Assembly (NCBI RefSeq): GCF_006345805.1
Contig: NC_042997.1
Location: 56,420,001-56,484,000, forward strand
DNA length: 64,000 nucleotides
From: Octopus sinensis
Taxonomy: Eukaryota
Direction of reading: 5' to 3'
Below the pieces are notes generated by a model. The model was not told where the DNA came from. It ran no database searches and worked only from the letters and a program-made list of their open reading frames with translations. Shown here one piece after another: positions 1 through 14,965 of the stretch; the first letter of the stretch is position 1, and every line of letters begins with the position of its first letter. The translations under genes were made by a program, and so were the position numbers.

Positions 1-54
1 AGGATTAGTTAACCGTAAATCACATTTCTGAAAAAGGAACAGATGTTAACTTAC

Positions 55-162
55 AGTGAGAATTGCTTGTTCCATTTCAGATGGATGAAGGAGGTGGCCA
101 TATGGATGTTTTCCACCAGACAGGAGGGCGTATAACAAAATACCATATGAAAATATGTCAGC
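55..162 (-). CDS. LRRK2: exon 44 of window, kinase subdomain IX
   Basis: [36 protein letters not shown]; phase 0/0, canonical splice sites. Confidence 0.92.
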
Positions 163-3100
163 CTGAAATAAAGTTTGTATGCAAAGACAAGTAAAGTATA
201 TCATCTAGAATACAGTTCAACAGGTAGAACAGGTAGAAAACTTTGAAAGTTAGACATTGGGTAACATGAAGTCCATAATAAGGAACAGAATGTGGATCCG
301 ATCACAAGGTTGCTTAAGGCAATTGGAAATTCTGGTCTGAAACTGGGTACCAAAATAGTTTACAATGGATTCCTCCAGATCTAATAGAAGAGTTCAGTAC
401 AACAATGTAAGTTAATAAAATACAAATTGACTATACAGTGCTGAAGGCATGTGGCCAAGTGGTTAAAGTGTTGCACTCATGATTGTCAGATCATGGTTTC
501 AATTCTCTAACTGGGCAGTGTGCTGTGTTCTTGAACAAAATACTTCACCTCATGTTGTTCCATTCTACTTGACTGTAAATGAGCAATCTTGTAATAGACT
601 GTTCAGGGGGAATGTTGTGATCTCAGTCACTTATATGCCATGGAAACCAAGTAATCAGACTATGAATCCTAAGACTTGAAACAGTAACATCCGTTGTCCA
701 ATAACACAATGTTCTTGGTGTATTTTAGCAATGGCCTGTACCAACATATGTTAATATTTACATTTTGGAGTAATAATCTAATAACTCAATGTCTTGGCTA
801 TGTACACAGTGTAGTGTCAGTGAAAGAATATTAAACCAGCAAGCAAGTTAGCCAACACCTTGCTATATTGGTCACTTGTGATTTTATAGATACTAATATG
901 ATATTAATAAAACATTGGTTTATTACACTGGCATAAAGTTACACATTTGCAAGGACAGGTTATAATAGATATAACTGCACTCAATACATCACTATTAGAT
1001 ATTTTATCAGTACCAGAGCAATTACATGTAAAATTATCAAGTCCTGTGTATTTAAACTAAGAATACAGGAGATAGTGATAAATACTGAAATGGTGAAATC
1101 CAGAATCTAAGAACACAGAAGGACAAAGGTATTCCCCAAAACTCCCTTGGGTTCTAAATTTTAAAAAGAACTTTTAATTTTATTCTCTACCATTTCTGCA
1201 AAACCATTCAAATGAAATATTTATAAAAAGCCTTACTTGGAAGGAGTAGTTTTCCTTTTTGATTACTTCTGGTGCTTGATAACCAGGTGTGCCTTCATTT
1301 GCTGTAAGACCATAGAATGTACTCAACTGGGAAATACCATAATCAGAGATTTTGACATTAATCTGAAGGTAAATAGAAAATATAAGTTTACATTAAATGA
1401 TTCAGATATTTAGTATTAATAAAACGATTTAAGCCATACAAATGAATACAAATATTATAAGGAAAATAAAGAATCCAACCAGAAATTACAAAAAAAAAAA
1501 AATTTTTTTAATCATGGTCAAGGTGTTTACTTTGCAACAGTGTAGTTTTTGGTTCAATCCCATTGCATAGAACCTTCTCCCATGGCCTCACAATCAACCT
1601 CAAGAGAGTACTATGATACTAAAAACTGAACCAAATGTTGCTAACAGATTTAAAGTTATTAACACTCTAGCAATACTTATATTCATATTGCTTTAATATT
1701 ATTAACTGAACACTAAGACAAGAAAGATACTGACAGACTGTACTTACCAAGTGTTTTAGGATGATGAGACCTAATTCATCTCAAATTTACCTTAAAGACT
1801 ACAATCACAGTGCTGGACACGCCTGACAAAAACAGAAGATAGAAAACCCACTCCCTCCAAATGCTAAAACATGAGATTTACTCTATCAAGAAAAAGTAGT
1901 ACAGTCCAATAAAGAGTTTAATATTCCTGAAGCTCCACTAAAAGAGAACGAAGTAACATGAATGAAGCAGAAAGCCAAACACAAAGGTCAGTTTCAACTG
2001 CAGAAAATCTGCAGGGACAAGAGAATGCAAAGGAAATACCCAAAATAGATGCAGGATTCACACACACACCAACTGAAGATACACCAGTGGTTTAAAAGCA
2101 CCAGACTGAAAGCAGAAACAGAAAGTCTGATAATCACTGCACAAGATCAGTATCTTACAACCAGATTTTATCACCATTGCATCATCAATGATGGAACAGA
2201 TCCACAGAGCAGGATCTGTAGAAAATATGAAGAAAATATCAATTGTATTGTCTCTGGATGGTTAGAAATAGTGAAGAATGGATACAACCACAAACATAAC
2301 AAGGCAGCAGCATATCAGTACAGGAAAATACACAGGAGTCACAAGATCAAGACAACTAAGAAGTGGTAGAATCAGCAACCAAACATAGTCACTAAGAACA
2401 ATGATTTCATCATCCTCTGGAACATGCTCATTCATAGTGGCAAAGAGATAAAAGCTAACAAACCTGACATTGTTGTCAGGGACAAAAGGATGGGAGGTGT
2501 ATAGTTATCAACATTGTAATACCTCATGAAAGAAATATATGAGTGAAAGTCACAGAAAAGTTCATTGAGTACAAAGCTCTGGAGATCAAAATGAAGAGGA
2601 CATGGTGGAATATCAAGACTGAAATAATTCCAGTGCTCTATGACTCATGAAGAAAAGAATGGAAAAGTTCACCAACCATATTCCAGGCAACTACTGAGAG
2701 AGCTGTCAATCATGTGAAGTCTTACCCATTGTTTGGGCCTAGCACAAGATATAAAACAAGGAGCACAAAATAACAACAAAAATGATGATGGTACTATGAA
2801 AACATCACCATATGGTATTTTTATAACTAGCAGAACTATTAACTTCAGGATACTACAAAAACCATGACTCCTTGGTACAAGATAAGCACTGAATATCTGA
2901 AGAAACAAGTAGTGGCTTGATGTCCAACAGACAAAAACAGTAGAATTAATTACTAACACAACTGCAGTGCAAATCATTATCATAATTTTAAGTCTGCTTT
3001 CCATGCTGACATGAGTGAGACAGGTTGTCATGGTCTGAGTCCTTTCTTGTCTGAGTCTGAGTCTGAGTCATGGTCTGAGTCCTTCTCATCGACTAGTGCT

Positions 3101-6100
3101 TATTCTAGGGCTGGATGTCCTTTATGTAGTCAACCATGCTAAAAGGTGTACTAGGTTCATTTTCTTATGGTACCAGTACTACAATAGGTACATGGTCATA
3201 CAGTTTTGAGGAAGTTATATTCTATTCTAGCAACTCAAGTAGTTGACACATTTTTATCTTAACAACCAGAGAAGGATGAAAGGAAAATCTTGAATTTAAT
3301 CTTAGAAAGTGATGGTAACAGTATGACCAGAGCACACTGATTAGGACCAATAATAAAGTAAATAAACTTACCAGACATGTCGTTGATAGACTGAATACAA
3401 GTACATTGGCTGGTTTAAGGTCTCGATATATTATTTGTAGACCATGCAAATACATGAGGCCCTCAGCAATCTGAATTTAGAAAAATCACAAGCATTATAT
3501 ATATATATATATATTTATATATATAATATACACACACACACACATATATATAACATCATTGTCACTGTTTGTTTTCATGCTGGCATGGGTTGTGTGCATG
3601 CATGTGTGCAGGGTAAATAGACAGATGGATATGGATATATATATATATAAGCTATGGAGTAATTGTTACTGATACAGATAATCAACAGTCTCTTTGAACT
3701 CTAAAATTTAGCAGTGTGAGATAGTAGTGAAAGATGTAGACAAAAAGAGAAGGAATCAAAGAAAGAAAAAGAGAGTCAGAAAATGATAAAAGGAGAAGGA
3801 GAAGAGAAAGGAGAATGTGAAGTATTAAAAAGAAGAGAGGAGAAAATAGCAAGGAAGAGAAGAAAATGTGGTAAGAATTACAGAAATGGTGATGGCAATG
3901 ATGAAGATGAGAAATGTTAAAGAATTTTCTTACCTGCAAAGCTATTCTATGGGCGAGTGTGACACTGACGATTTTTTTTGATGCCAATGCATGCCCCAAA
4001 GAGCCATGAGTTGCAAGTTCCATGACCATCATACGTGGCTTGAGTCCAACAGCAAGCAAACATACAACACTGGGATGTTTTAGTCTGCGTAGTATGGTTG
4101 TCTAAATAAAGGAAATGTTTATAATGATAAGGAAAGCTTCAGTATGATTATGCAATTACATATAGATATGCATACACACAAATATGTGTGAGTGTGTGTG
4201 TGTGTAAGCACTTAATTGGAAAGATATCAATGTGGGCAAGTAGGAAAAAATGAGTACTCAATCATGAAAGTAGACTGTCAAAATATATGATATATTTATT
4301 CAGTTGAATTTTAAAATTTTATAGTTCTCAAATAAAATCTGAGAAATGAAAAAAAAAGAAACATTAAAAATCATATGCATGCATCTATGCACACACACAC
4401 ACACACACGCACACACATGCACACACACACACACACACGCACACACATGCACACACACACACACATACACATGCCTGCCCCCCTATTAATTGGTTGATTT
4501 TTGAAATAACAAAACTATGAGACAGACTAAATGCAGACATATCAAGAAAGGAAATTAGATACACTCTTAATCTTCTCTTGTTTTTCTGTTCACTTGGACT
4601 CTCAAAACACCTATTCATCATTTATGTAAAATCCTTGTACTCTGTCATCCTTCTCAATGACAAGTCCTTAGCCCTTAAACATTACTTTGATCACCAGTGT
4701 TCACTTATACCCAGCACTAACATGTTCAGCTGAATTTGACCTCATCCTTGACACATGTGTTAAGGTCATCACTTCAGATTTTCTATAGAAATTATAGCCA
4801 GCACTGATTTTGCTATGACATTTTGTATCCAAGACATCAGATGTAAACATACAATGAGATGAAAGATGAAAAAATGGGTAATGGGCATATATGCCATGCT
4901 TTGGGAGTTTTTGCCCTTTCATCAGCACCCATCCAACCCATTAATCATCAATTCATTACTTAAATAGCCAGCTGTGTAATGTTATTGGATATACCAGTTT
5001 AAGATGTCATTTTACACGTGATTAAAGTGCACTGCTAACACAGTAGTACACAATACTGACTAATAAAAGCATTTAATATACTTTGCTGCATATTATAGTT
5101 GCACAACAAAATACCATGTGCCTACAAGTCATTAATATTTACAATCCAGCTTCTAGGAATGCATTTAATATGTATTTGGGTGGATGTTATGAAAGTTTTG
5201 GAACAAAATAATCATTTGACATTCACTTGAAAATTTTCAGCAATTAAACTGCAACTGGGATCTTTACAGTTTGGCTTCCACTTTTCAATTTCTTCAATTT
5301 TTGTTCCAATTGATTTCATAGTTGGTGAATTGGTGGAGTTTTGTAAGCTCATTATTGACATGAAATTCATTTTTGTCATAAATCAATAAATAAAGAATTA
5401 ATAGCTTTTAAAGCTTGCAAATTTTGGGTAATTTTAGCCAGTCAAAAGCCAGACATACAGGTGTCTGTTTCCACAGTAACAGGCCAAGCTGTTAACAAGC
5501 TGCTTATCTATGTGGCCATTCTTCACTAATTAAATGCTTAATACACATGAGGTATGAGGTAGTCATTTAAAAAAATAGCTAAATAGCTAATTTTTTTTGT
5601 ATTATTGCGTGAATTCTTGTGTGTACAAATTTGCAAAAATTTTCTGAAAATTCTAAAAATGAAAAGAGTTATGAGGGATTATATGGCATACATAAAGTAG
5701 AATTTTGACAATAATTCATTTGTTTACAGTTGACAACACATGCAGTCACATACAAAATGACAGCTTCGAAATCCTGTTTACTGACTGGGTAAAAATTATC
5801 AAACCATAAACCTCTGTAACTTTTTTTAAAACTTTTCCCAGAAAAAGTGAATTAGCCCCTGAGATTCAGCATGAAAATTACATCAATACACCAAATTTTA
5901 AAATTTTCACTGAACTTTAAAACTTCCACAGGCATAGCCAAACAGAAAAGATCCTTCTGTTGTGCAAACCAGCAATGCACTCCAAATAGTTTAGGAGTAG
6001 CATTTCTTTTTCAATTGTTTTGACCACATTTTGATAGGATGGACTGAACCATTTGTTAAAGCTGTATATACAGCACCAACAGAAAAAGTTACTACACCTT

Positions 6101-6586
6101 GGATAAATAAGATAACTGCACATACAGCTACTGGACACAACAAACAGGCTGAAACAGCCTTAAATTCGCATGTGACTTTCACTTTTCACAGCTATTGTTA
6201 TGACAGTCATATGACATATCTGCTGGTCTAAACCTTTGATGTGACCTTCCCATGGGGTTGTCACATGACCTTAATACATGAAAAACTAACTGGAAATTCC
6301 CTTACCTCAACACATGACCAACCTCAACCAATCAACCTCTACATTAACTGATAGCAATCTGAGTCACACTCTCTCTAAAAAACAAAGGATTTTTAGAACA
6401 ATAGCCAAAAACAATACAGTTTGTGACACAGTTCCATGTTCCTTGGAATGCACACTTTTGAAAATCATACAAATGTGAAATCAGTTAAGTACATATATTT
6501 TTTTAAAACTTTAATTAATCTTCATATATTCTCTGTCAATTTTCCACTTCATTCATTTCTTCTATACTGCTTCTTGTATGAGTAAG

Positions 6587-6683
<97 letters not shown>

Positions 6684-9600
6684 GTAAATCCAAAACAAAC
6701 AAAGAACAAACACAAAAAAACAACAATGCAAAGACGTGGCACATGTAAAATATTAGCAGATGCTCAAGGAAGGAAAGAAAGGTGGTTTTACATTTTAAGC
6801 AAAGCTCTTCTTCAGAAACAGGAGACAGAGGAAAGTCCAATAGAAAAGACAAATAGAGGAAAAAAATCACCGACAATTCACATGTGATTACATTTTGAAA
6901 TATATTCACATACACACACACAAGCACATACATACACATGTACATACGAATATGTGCATATGCAGTAGGAATATTTGGCAGAGTTCCAAGGAGACAGGTA
7001 TTGAACTCAGATTGCTATGTCTCAATGATATTAGAGGACAAGTAAAATCACTGTATCGACTCAAATGCAATTTGTTCAATTATTGATGACATCAGCAAAA
7101 TACTGACCACTCAAATCTCTTGTAGTACAAGATATCATTAAGAATTTATTTTGTGTGCTTTTTTTTCCCTGACAGCAACATTACATATAAATAGAATTGT
7201 CTGTCCATTAGCTGCTAGTGGTGGCATACACCTAAAGCTTGTCAGTTACTAATACAGACATCACTCACAACTACTGGGCTTTTCTCAATATGAAAAAAAC
7301 CTCACAAACTGTTCAATTATTTAACTGGTGCAAACATATCTTATCTGTTGGTTCTAATGACAATCTATTGTTTTATTTAACAATAAATATTTTTGCGTTC
7401 AGAATTTCACATGAACTTCTTGTTTTTGTATCTATCTCCCATCAATTCAACTAAATCATTATACTGGTGACAACCAAAAACCAGAAATAATCAGATTGTT
7501 AGACATATGTATACTGCATGCTCACCAATTCACACAAACATACATCTTAATATGTTTGAAATGTATATAGGTAAAAGTACATGTAAACATGCATATGTAC
7601 ACATGGATACAAATGACTATTTACAGGTAAAAATGTTCAGGTCCTAAAATATGTGAAAAAACTGGTATATACAACTTAGAGCATGTAGGTGGGGGTGAGA
7701 GGAAAGCCTTGAGTTAAAAAATTTGTAAGAAAATTATTTAAAACAAACATATCTAAAACATAACTGTTTAAAAGAGATTATCACAAGAAAAAACATAATT
7801 TCATCATGGCAAAAGTAATACAAGGGAAACAACTAATATAAGTCGTTTTGGGATTTGGTTTGCAAGATTCTTTATATGAGTTCATGTGTTGAAGCATATT
7901 CTGTTGTGTCTGGGGAGAGTCATTTTCTTTTTGTGCCTTATAACGAAAATTTTAGGAAAATAAAACTAAGAAATAAGTGGAAATGTTACCGGTGAGTGTG
8001 TTACATTATATGGCACAAAAAGAAAATGATTCTCCTCAGACACAACAGAACTAATATTTAAAGGAAATGAACAGGATGAAAAACATTTTACAGAACAAGC
8101 AGCTAAAATTTAAAAAAAACAAAAAAACAGAACAGCAACAGTAGAATTCCAACAGAATATGGGGGAAAATGGGAAAATTATCAAGAAGAAAGAAGAAATT
8201 AAGCTTGAGGATTGAAGAAGAGTAAAGTCAGGATGAAGATTTCAGGATAAATAGTTAAAAACAAAAAAGGTTCAAAATGCTAGTAGCTTTAATATTCAAT
8301 ACATTTCAGTGTTTCAGTTCAAAAAGGTTCAGAGTACATCACCTATTAGGTTAAAGGTTAGAAAGCAAGAATCTCAATGTGCATCTGTAAAAGTTCAGTT
8401 ATTCCAATTTCTGCTTCAAAGTAAACCCATTCTGAAAAAGAATGAAGAATTTCTCACACAAATATAATGGACATCTCACCAGTATGGTAAGAGCCATGAT
8501 TGTAGGAACTTGAAGCTCTAAAATAGACCAGAGTATCTTGAAGGGAGTTGAGCTGATTAGTATAAAAGCCCTAGATATATTTGACTAGATACATGAGTAA
8601 CCTTATAGCCAGATACTTAAAATAAGTTTTGTACATAGTTAACATTTTCTGTCATGAGGCTGACACCAATTGATACTTTTATGCTGTATATTATCCTTTT
8701 AGCCAAATAATTACCATTTAAAGGTAGCTGCTGTGTTCTATACCATTTCAAGTAGGTGATTGCATATTATTACTGACATCAGAGAGCTTTTTAGTATTAA
8801 ATTAGTTAACGTAAGAAGAAAATTTTTACGGCAAGAATAGCTAACTTTCAATTTGAAGACCCTACGCTATCCTCTGAGGAAATGCCAAGTTGCTGAGTTT
8901 AGGAATTCTTTAGCTAAGTTAGTCTTTACTTTAAGGCTGAAAGTTGGATTAAACTATTGACATTTCCAAGTTTGAGTCCTATTTCTAAATTTATTGGGGC
9001 TAGCTATATAACAAGATATACTGTCTTATATTGAAAAGTAAGTATCCAAGAATGCTAAGTAGATGTTTAGAGTATTTGCTAATGTAGAATAATTTCCACT
9101 GCTTAAATATTTTACCAGAAGAAATTATTCTTCATTTGCAACCTTGTAAAGAGTCAACTATCTACCTATACCTTATGTCACTCTCTAAGATAGTTAATTC
9201 ATTGGTAAAGACTAAATCTACTAATCTTTAAGTTTAAAATAAAATCTACAAAATTTACTTTATTAAGATTAGTTCCATCACAATATCTAAGATTAGTTCT
9301 ACCACAATATTCTTCATGCCACTAAAGAACCTAATTATATCTTGCTTCCATTCTGGGAAACAAGCAATCTGTCATCATCCCTGTAAATGTCGCCTCTGAA
9401 ATTAAGAAATTCCTTGTGCAAAGAAACCAAAATAAAGATTCATATGATCATGCACAGCTCAGTTTCATTGAAAAACTCTTAGCTATTTTTCTTAATCCAG
9501 GCCAAATAGTCAAAATACAATAGGGATTTCTTAGCTTGCAAACATTAATCACTAATAGGTATGAAAGTTTTAGCCTTTGCTAGAACTTTTAGAGAATGAT

Positions 9601-12600
9601 ATATTGATTTCTTTAACCCTTTGACTGTGAAATTAAATTTCATGGTTAGTCCAGTAGTAATCTTAAATGTCTACCTAAAAATAGAATTGGTATTTTCTAA
9701 GTACCACAGTACCTCAGTAAACTGGACATGTGTCAACAAAAAATAGTTTCAAACACGACAATCCTCAACAAAAGAGAGACTGGTATATAAAACAGCTTTT
9801 TGTAGTTAAGGGTAATGAAATTTTGAGTGAATATATGTAATTCCTGCAGTAAAAGGGTCAAATCAAATCTAAATGTGTTTTTTAACTATTCATATCTTAG
9901 TTTTAGCCACATTAATTTAGTAGAATTTCAGAAAAAACTAAGCTTATGGCCCTTAAGAGTTATAAGAAAGGTAGACAGAGTCAATTCTGTGGTCTTTTTA
10001 AGAACAGTTGCTATATTTCTAACCTTTTGATTTATAGAATTATTGATGTTAGCTACTAACACTTTGAACATATTGGTACTATTACTGGAAATAAATATTT
10101 TATAAATATCTTCAAAATACCATAGAAGTTCTTATCTGTTAAAACAAAAGTTTTCTTAGAATTTCATAAAAAATGTAAACACTACTTTAGGGAGCTTTAA
10201 AAATTGCCATTAAATTCCTGGAATTTAACTATTTTTATCAAATTAAAAAGATCTGTTATGAACTGCTCTAGATCTTTAATTACTGGACAGGTTATTCTGG
10301 ATTTCAATGTGTGTGAGTGTGTGTGAGTGTGTGTGAGTGTGTGTGTGTATGTGTGCATGCGTGTGCGTATGTGTGCAACAGGTTTCCACACAGTTTCACT
10401 CAACAAAATTTACTCACAAAGCACTGGTTAGCCTGGGGCTATAGTAGAAGATACTTGCTTAAGGCACCACACAGTGGGACTGAGTCAGAACCTTGTGATT
10501 GCAAAGTGAACTTCTAAACTACACTGCTTTTAATTACATCTGTATATACACACCCACATATATTCAAAGAGAGAGAGAGAGAGAGAGAGAGAGAAGCAAT
10601 AAAGGTTAATGATTAATGACAGCTCGAAAACCTTTGGAAGAAGTAAAGTGTCTGTACACGTGTTACAGTCATCAAATTATCAAAATAATTAATGACTCTG
10701 CCAGTGCTTCCAGTAACTGGACACATTATCTGCAGTCATTATAATAAGTAAATCTTAAAAATTATTATAACAGTTAATAAAAATAATTACAGCACAAGAC
10801 CAATTTTAGTAGTGTCCCAAGTATATTTCAGCTACAGACATCTCAAGCATTATGTATGGAAGCAGTGTGTTCATGAAAATCCTGTCATAACATGAAATTC
10901 TACAATATGAAGCCTATCTCTCTGTTAACTTTTATATTCATCATTGCCATTATCATCATACAATGTTCACATTTTCATGCTTTTATGAGTCAAATAGAAT
11001 TTGTTGAAGCAGATTTTTCTATGGCTGGATATCTTTCCTATCCCCAACTTTTACTTTTTTCCAAGCAAGGTATTATTTTCCCAGAGGTAGACACGTTTAT
11101 GACAGCAGACTGAAAACGATCGACTTTGCTTGTATGAAGATGGTGTATATTTACAATAATCATGTGATGTTAAGACAAGGGTACATACAAACGCACATAC
11201 ATCCATATACATATATATGCTTATGGGCTTCTTTCAGGTTTCACCAAACAAATCCACTTGTAAGGCCTTGGTCAGCCCACAGCTATAGTAGAATACATTT
11301 TCCCAAGGTACCACATATTGGAACTGAACCCAAGACCACATAGTTGGGAAGCCAGCTTCTTTACCACAGAGCCAAATTAACACATGGATGTTAATGACAA
11401 AATAGGCTTCACATTGCAGAATTTCAAATTATGGCAAGACTTTTAGGAATGCAATACTTCCGTAACATAGGAGATGTCTGTATTATTTCATTCAGCTTGT
11501 AGAGATGTAAAGTAAAGTTGACCAAAACAGGATTTTAACTCCAAATATTGAGGGATATATTATTAAACAGTGTATTGCCTTTAGTATAAGGTTCCATTTC
11601 TTCTGTCAACTCACAACCTTTATCATGATATTACATTTATTAATTCCAATTTATAATGACTGTGCAGAGGTGAAGTATGCTTTCAGTTCTATTTAGTTGT
11701 TTATTTAATGATGCAGTATCAAGCAGAGGTTTGTGATTCAACAGAATTCCTTAAAATATTGATTTCTACTAAGCTTTAAATTAAATTAATATTTCTTACC
11801 TCTTTTCTCAGTATTTTATGAGGGTGGTTAATGGCATTGTTGAGAAACAGTTTCACGGCAACATGCTGGAAATGAAAGCATATTTTTTCAATTGTCATGA
11901 AACCTACAAAAGTATAAATTCTTCTATAATTTTTCCTAGAAAATTTTTAATCTGATTATAATTAATAATAAATTCTCTATTATATATTAAATGGAAATTA
12001 TGTATTTAAACTCTAAATTTTAGTACAACAAGCCTACGATAAAGATTGAATAGTCACAGTTACAACACTGTGAATTGCTTCTAAACTTTTTACCAATGAT
12101 CTAGAAGGAATATCATGAAAAACCATGAGCAAAATAAAATCACATGTAATGCCAACTACAATTCTTATATAAAAGGACATCTTAAATTGATATTTGGTTC
12201 ATTTGCATTTAATCAACTGAAATAAAAGGAAAGTGAATAAATTTTTTTCTAATTATAAAGAACTTGAAATATTTTAATTAGAATGTATGAATTATACATA
12301 CACTATTCCGGTAACTGGCTTGATAGACAACACCATATTCTCCTTTACCAAGCAAATTTTTGGAGCTGCATATCAAAAAAGGTAAAAAATATAATATTAG
12401 TACTAATAGCAGAACCACCAGTATGATATTAACTTGAGTTGGTAAAAACTGGGAAAAAAATTCTCCTTTGAATAAAAGGAGCCTATGGTACAGTCATAAA
12501 AAGATTATGCAATATAAGTGGGTTAATTCTTTTACAAAACATATAAGGCAAATATTTTATTCCAGTATGTGAAATATGAAATGGATCAAATCTATTTTAT

Positions 12601-13275
12601 ACATCTAATAGAGATACACAGAATAAAATGTCCTAGTCAGGAATACAACAGAATATTTTCAGTTGAATATGAACTTATTAACTATGAGGTATAAGTTCAG
12701 TAGCTTATCCAAAGGGTTATTTTACCTGTTTCTATAGGTGAAAAATTTCTTAAAGATTAGAGATTCAACTAATGGCAGCAGGAAAGCTACTGTAATCTTA
12801 TGAAATGAGAATGGACATTCTTCTTTATTCTTCATACAGACTAACCTATCCTGAGCTAGCTACAACACTGATACAATACAATATAACAACAATTTAATAG
12901 AATGCATATTGATTTTAAATTTTGGCTCAAGGCCAGCAAGTTTGGAGGAGGGAGTAAGTCAATTACACTGACCCCAGAGCTTAACTGCTAATCATTTTAT
13001 CGACCCCAAAAGGGTGAAAAGTAAAGTCGACCTTGTTGGAATTTGAACTCAGAAAGTAAAGGTGGATGAAATGCCCCTAAACATTTTGCCTGGATTGCTC
13101 TTGATTCCGTCAGTTCACCGCCTTAATGCAATACAATGCTTATTAAAATGCAATCATAAATTCATATAAAAGTAAAAACAAAAATATTATATTACATTTT
13201 TTGCAGTTGAAATTGTTCTTGCTGTAGGTGAAATTCTTTATCCAGATCATTGAGAGTAATATCAGGTGCCTTGAA

Positions 13276-13339
<64 letters not shown>

Positions 13340-14922
13340 TTTTAATTTTTGTTTCTCGCCGACCAAGGTATGTCGGTACGAGTAACAAATTATCTGTTTG
13401 TAATAATAATAATAGATAAAATTACAAAAATGAATGGAGTGATGTACAAATTATTTATTTTCAATTAGTGAATTTGCTTAGAGCCTAGTTAGAATTGTTG
13501 AGTGATTAAAAGTATTATTTAGTGCAAACAAAAAAAATCCTATAAAGACAGATTTAGAGAGAATTGTTTTACAGTGTATGAAATACTGGGTTCAAATTTT
13601 GGTACAAGGCCAACAATTTAAGGGGAGGGGGTAAGCTAGTTATATTGACCCCAGTATTCAACTGGTACTTATTTTATTAACTCCAAAGGATGAAAGCAAA
13701 GTTGACCTTGCAAAATTTGAAGTCAGAACGTTAAGTCAGAAGGCATGCTGCTAAGCATTTTGTCCAGCACCGTAATGATTCTGTCAGCTCACTGCATTTT
13801 AGTATGTGAAATACTAAAAGTTTAGTAGTAGTTTACACTGAGAAGACATTATACACTAAGGTTTGTTATGTTATAATGAAGACAACTTAGTCTCCATCAC
13901 TGCACTAAAAACACTGTTCAATTTTCAAACTCTACCCGTCTAACACCCGTGGACATATTTACAAAGTCAGAAAACAGTACAGCTCCCATGACTTTAGGAA
14001 ACATTTTTTTCACACTAAGAGTTGCTGAAGCATGGAATAAACTGCCGACATCAGTTGTTAGTTGTCGGAGCACTGCATCCTTCAAAACTTCCATGCTTTC
14101 TGAGATTCGCCAACACTACACCTGATTTTCTCCCATCCATACACACACAAGCATGTATCTGACTCATACATTGTTCGCTTTCCAGACATTTGTACATTAC
14201 TGCATATACTTTATACGCACTTTCTGACAAGTTGCGGTGCACCTGAGCACTGTATACAATAATTTCATTATTATTATTATTATATAACAGAAACACAGCA
14301 CTACACCTCTTTTACAGATGAGCAACTAAATCAATCTTCGCAAGCTCATAAATGCTGAGCATCATAATCTCTGATGATCTGTAATAATGATCTCACAAAG
14401 CCAAAACTACATCTCAAAAATTAAAAGTAAAGATAGGCTTTTAAGATTATGAAGCGGTGGTTAAAGATGGTGAGATATTTGTTGAGACATGACTTGGTTT
14501 CTAGAATGAAGAATTTGATTGCTCTGATGCTGCCAAGCAAAATGGGAAGCAATTAGTTACAGAAAGAAACTAAGAACAAGAAAAATCAGAGATAAAGATA
14601 TCTATATGAATATATATGCGTATATACACATGCACACACAATATATACATACACTTTACAAAGCACAACAGTGAAAGTATAGTGAAATTACCATAAGGTG
14701 TGAAATATCCAACATTTTGGATGGTGTCCTTCTTCAGAGTAAAATTGACAAAAACAGCTTTATGTGAGCTTCATGCCTATCACTCTGTTCAAAATTGTGG
14801 ATATTTTATTTCCGATAGCAATTTCACTGTACTTTTTCTGTTGCTTTTTCCAAATAATTCAAGTCTTACTAATGTAGATTATCACTAGTCTCCTTGGATT
14901 CTGTTTTATCATTCACACACAC

Positions 14923-14965
<43 letters not shown>

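Noticed and set aside
6549-6945. Low-complexity ORFs ([12 protein letters not shown], poly-I/L/N) throughout the ORF track
   Set aside because: Translations of microsatellites.
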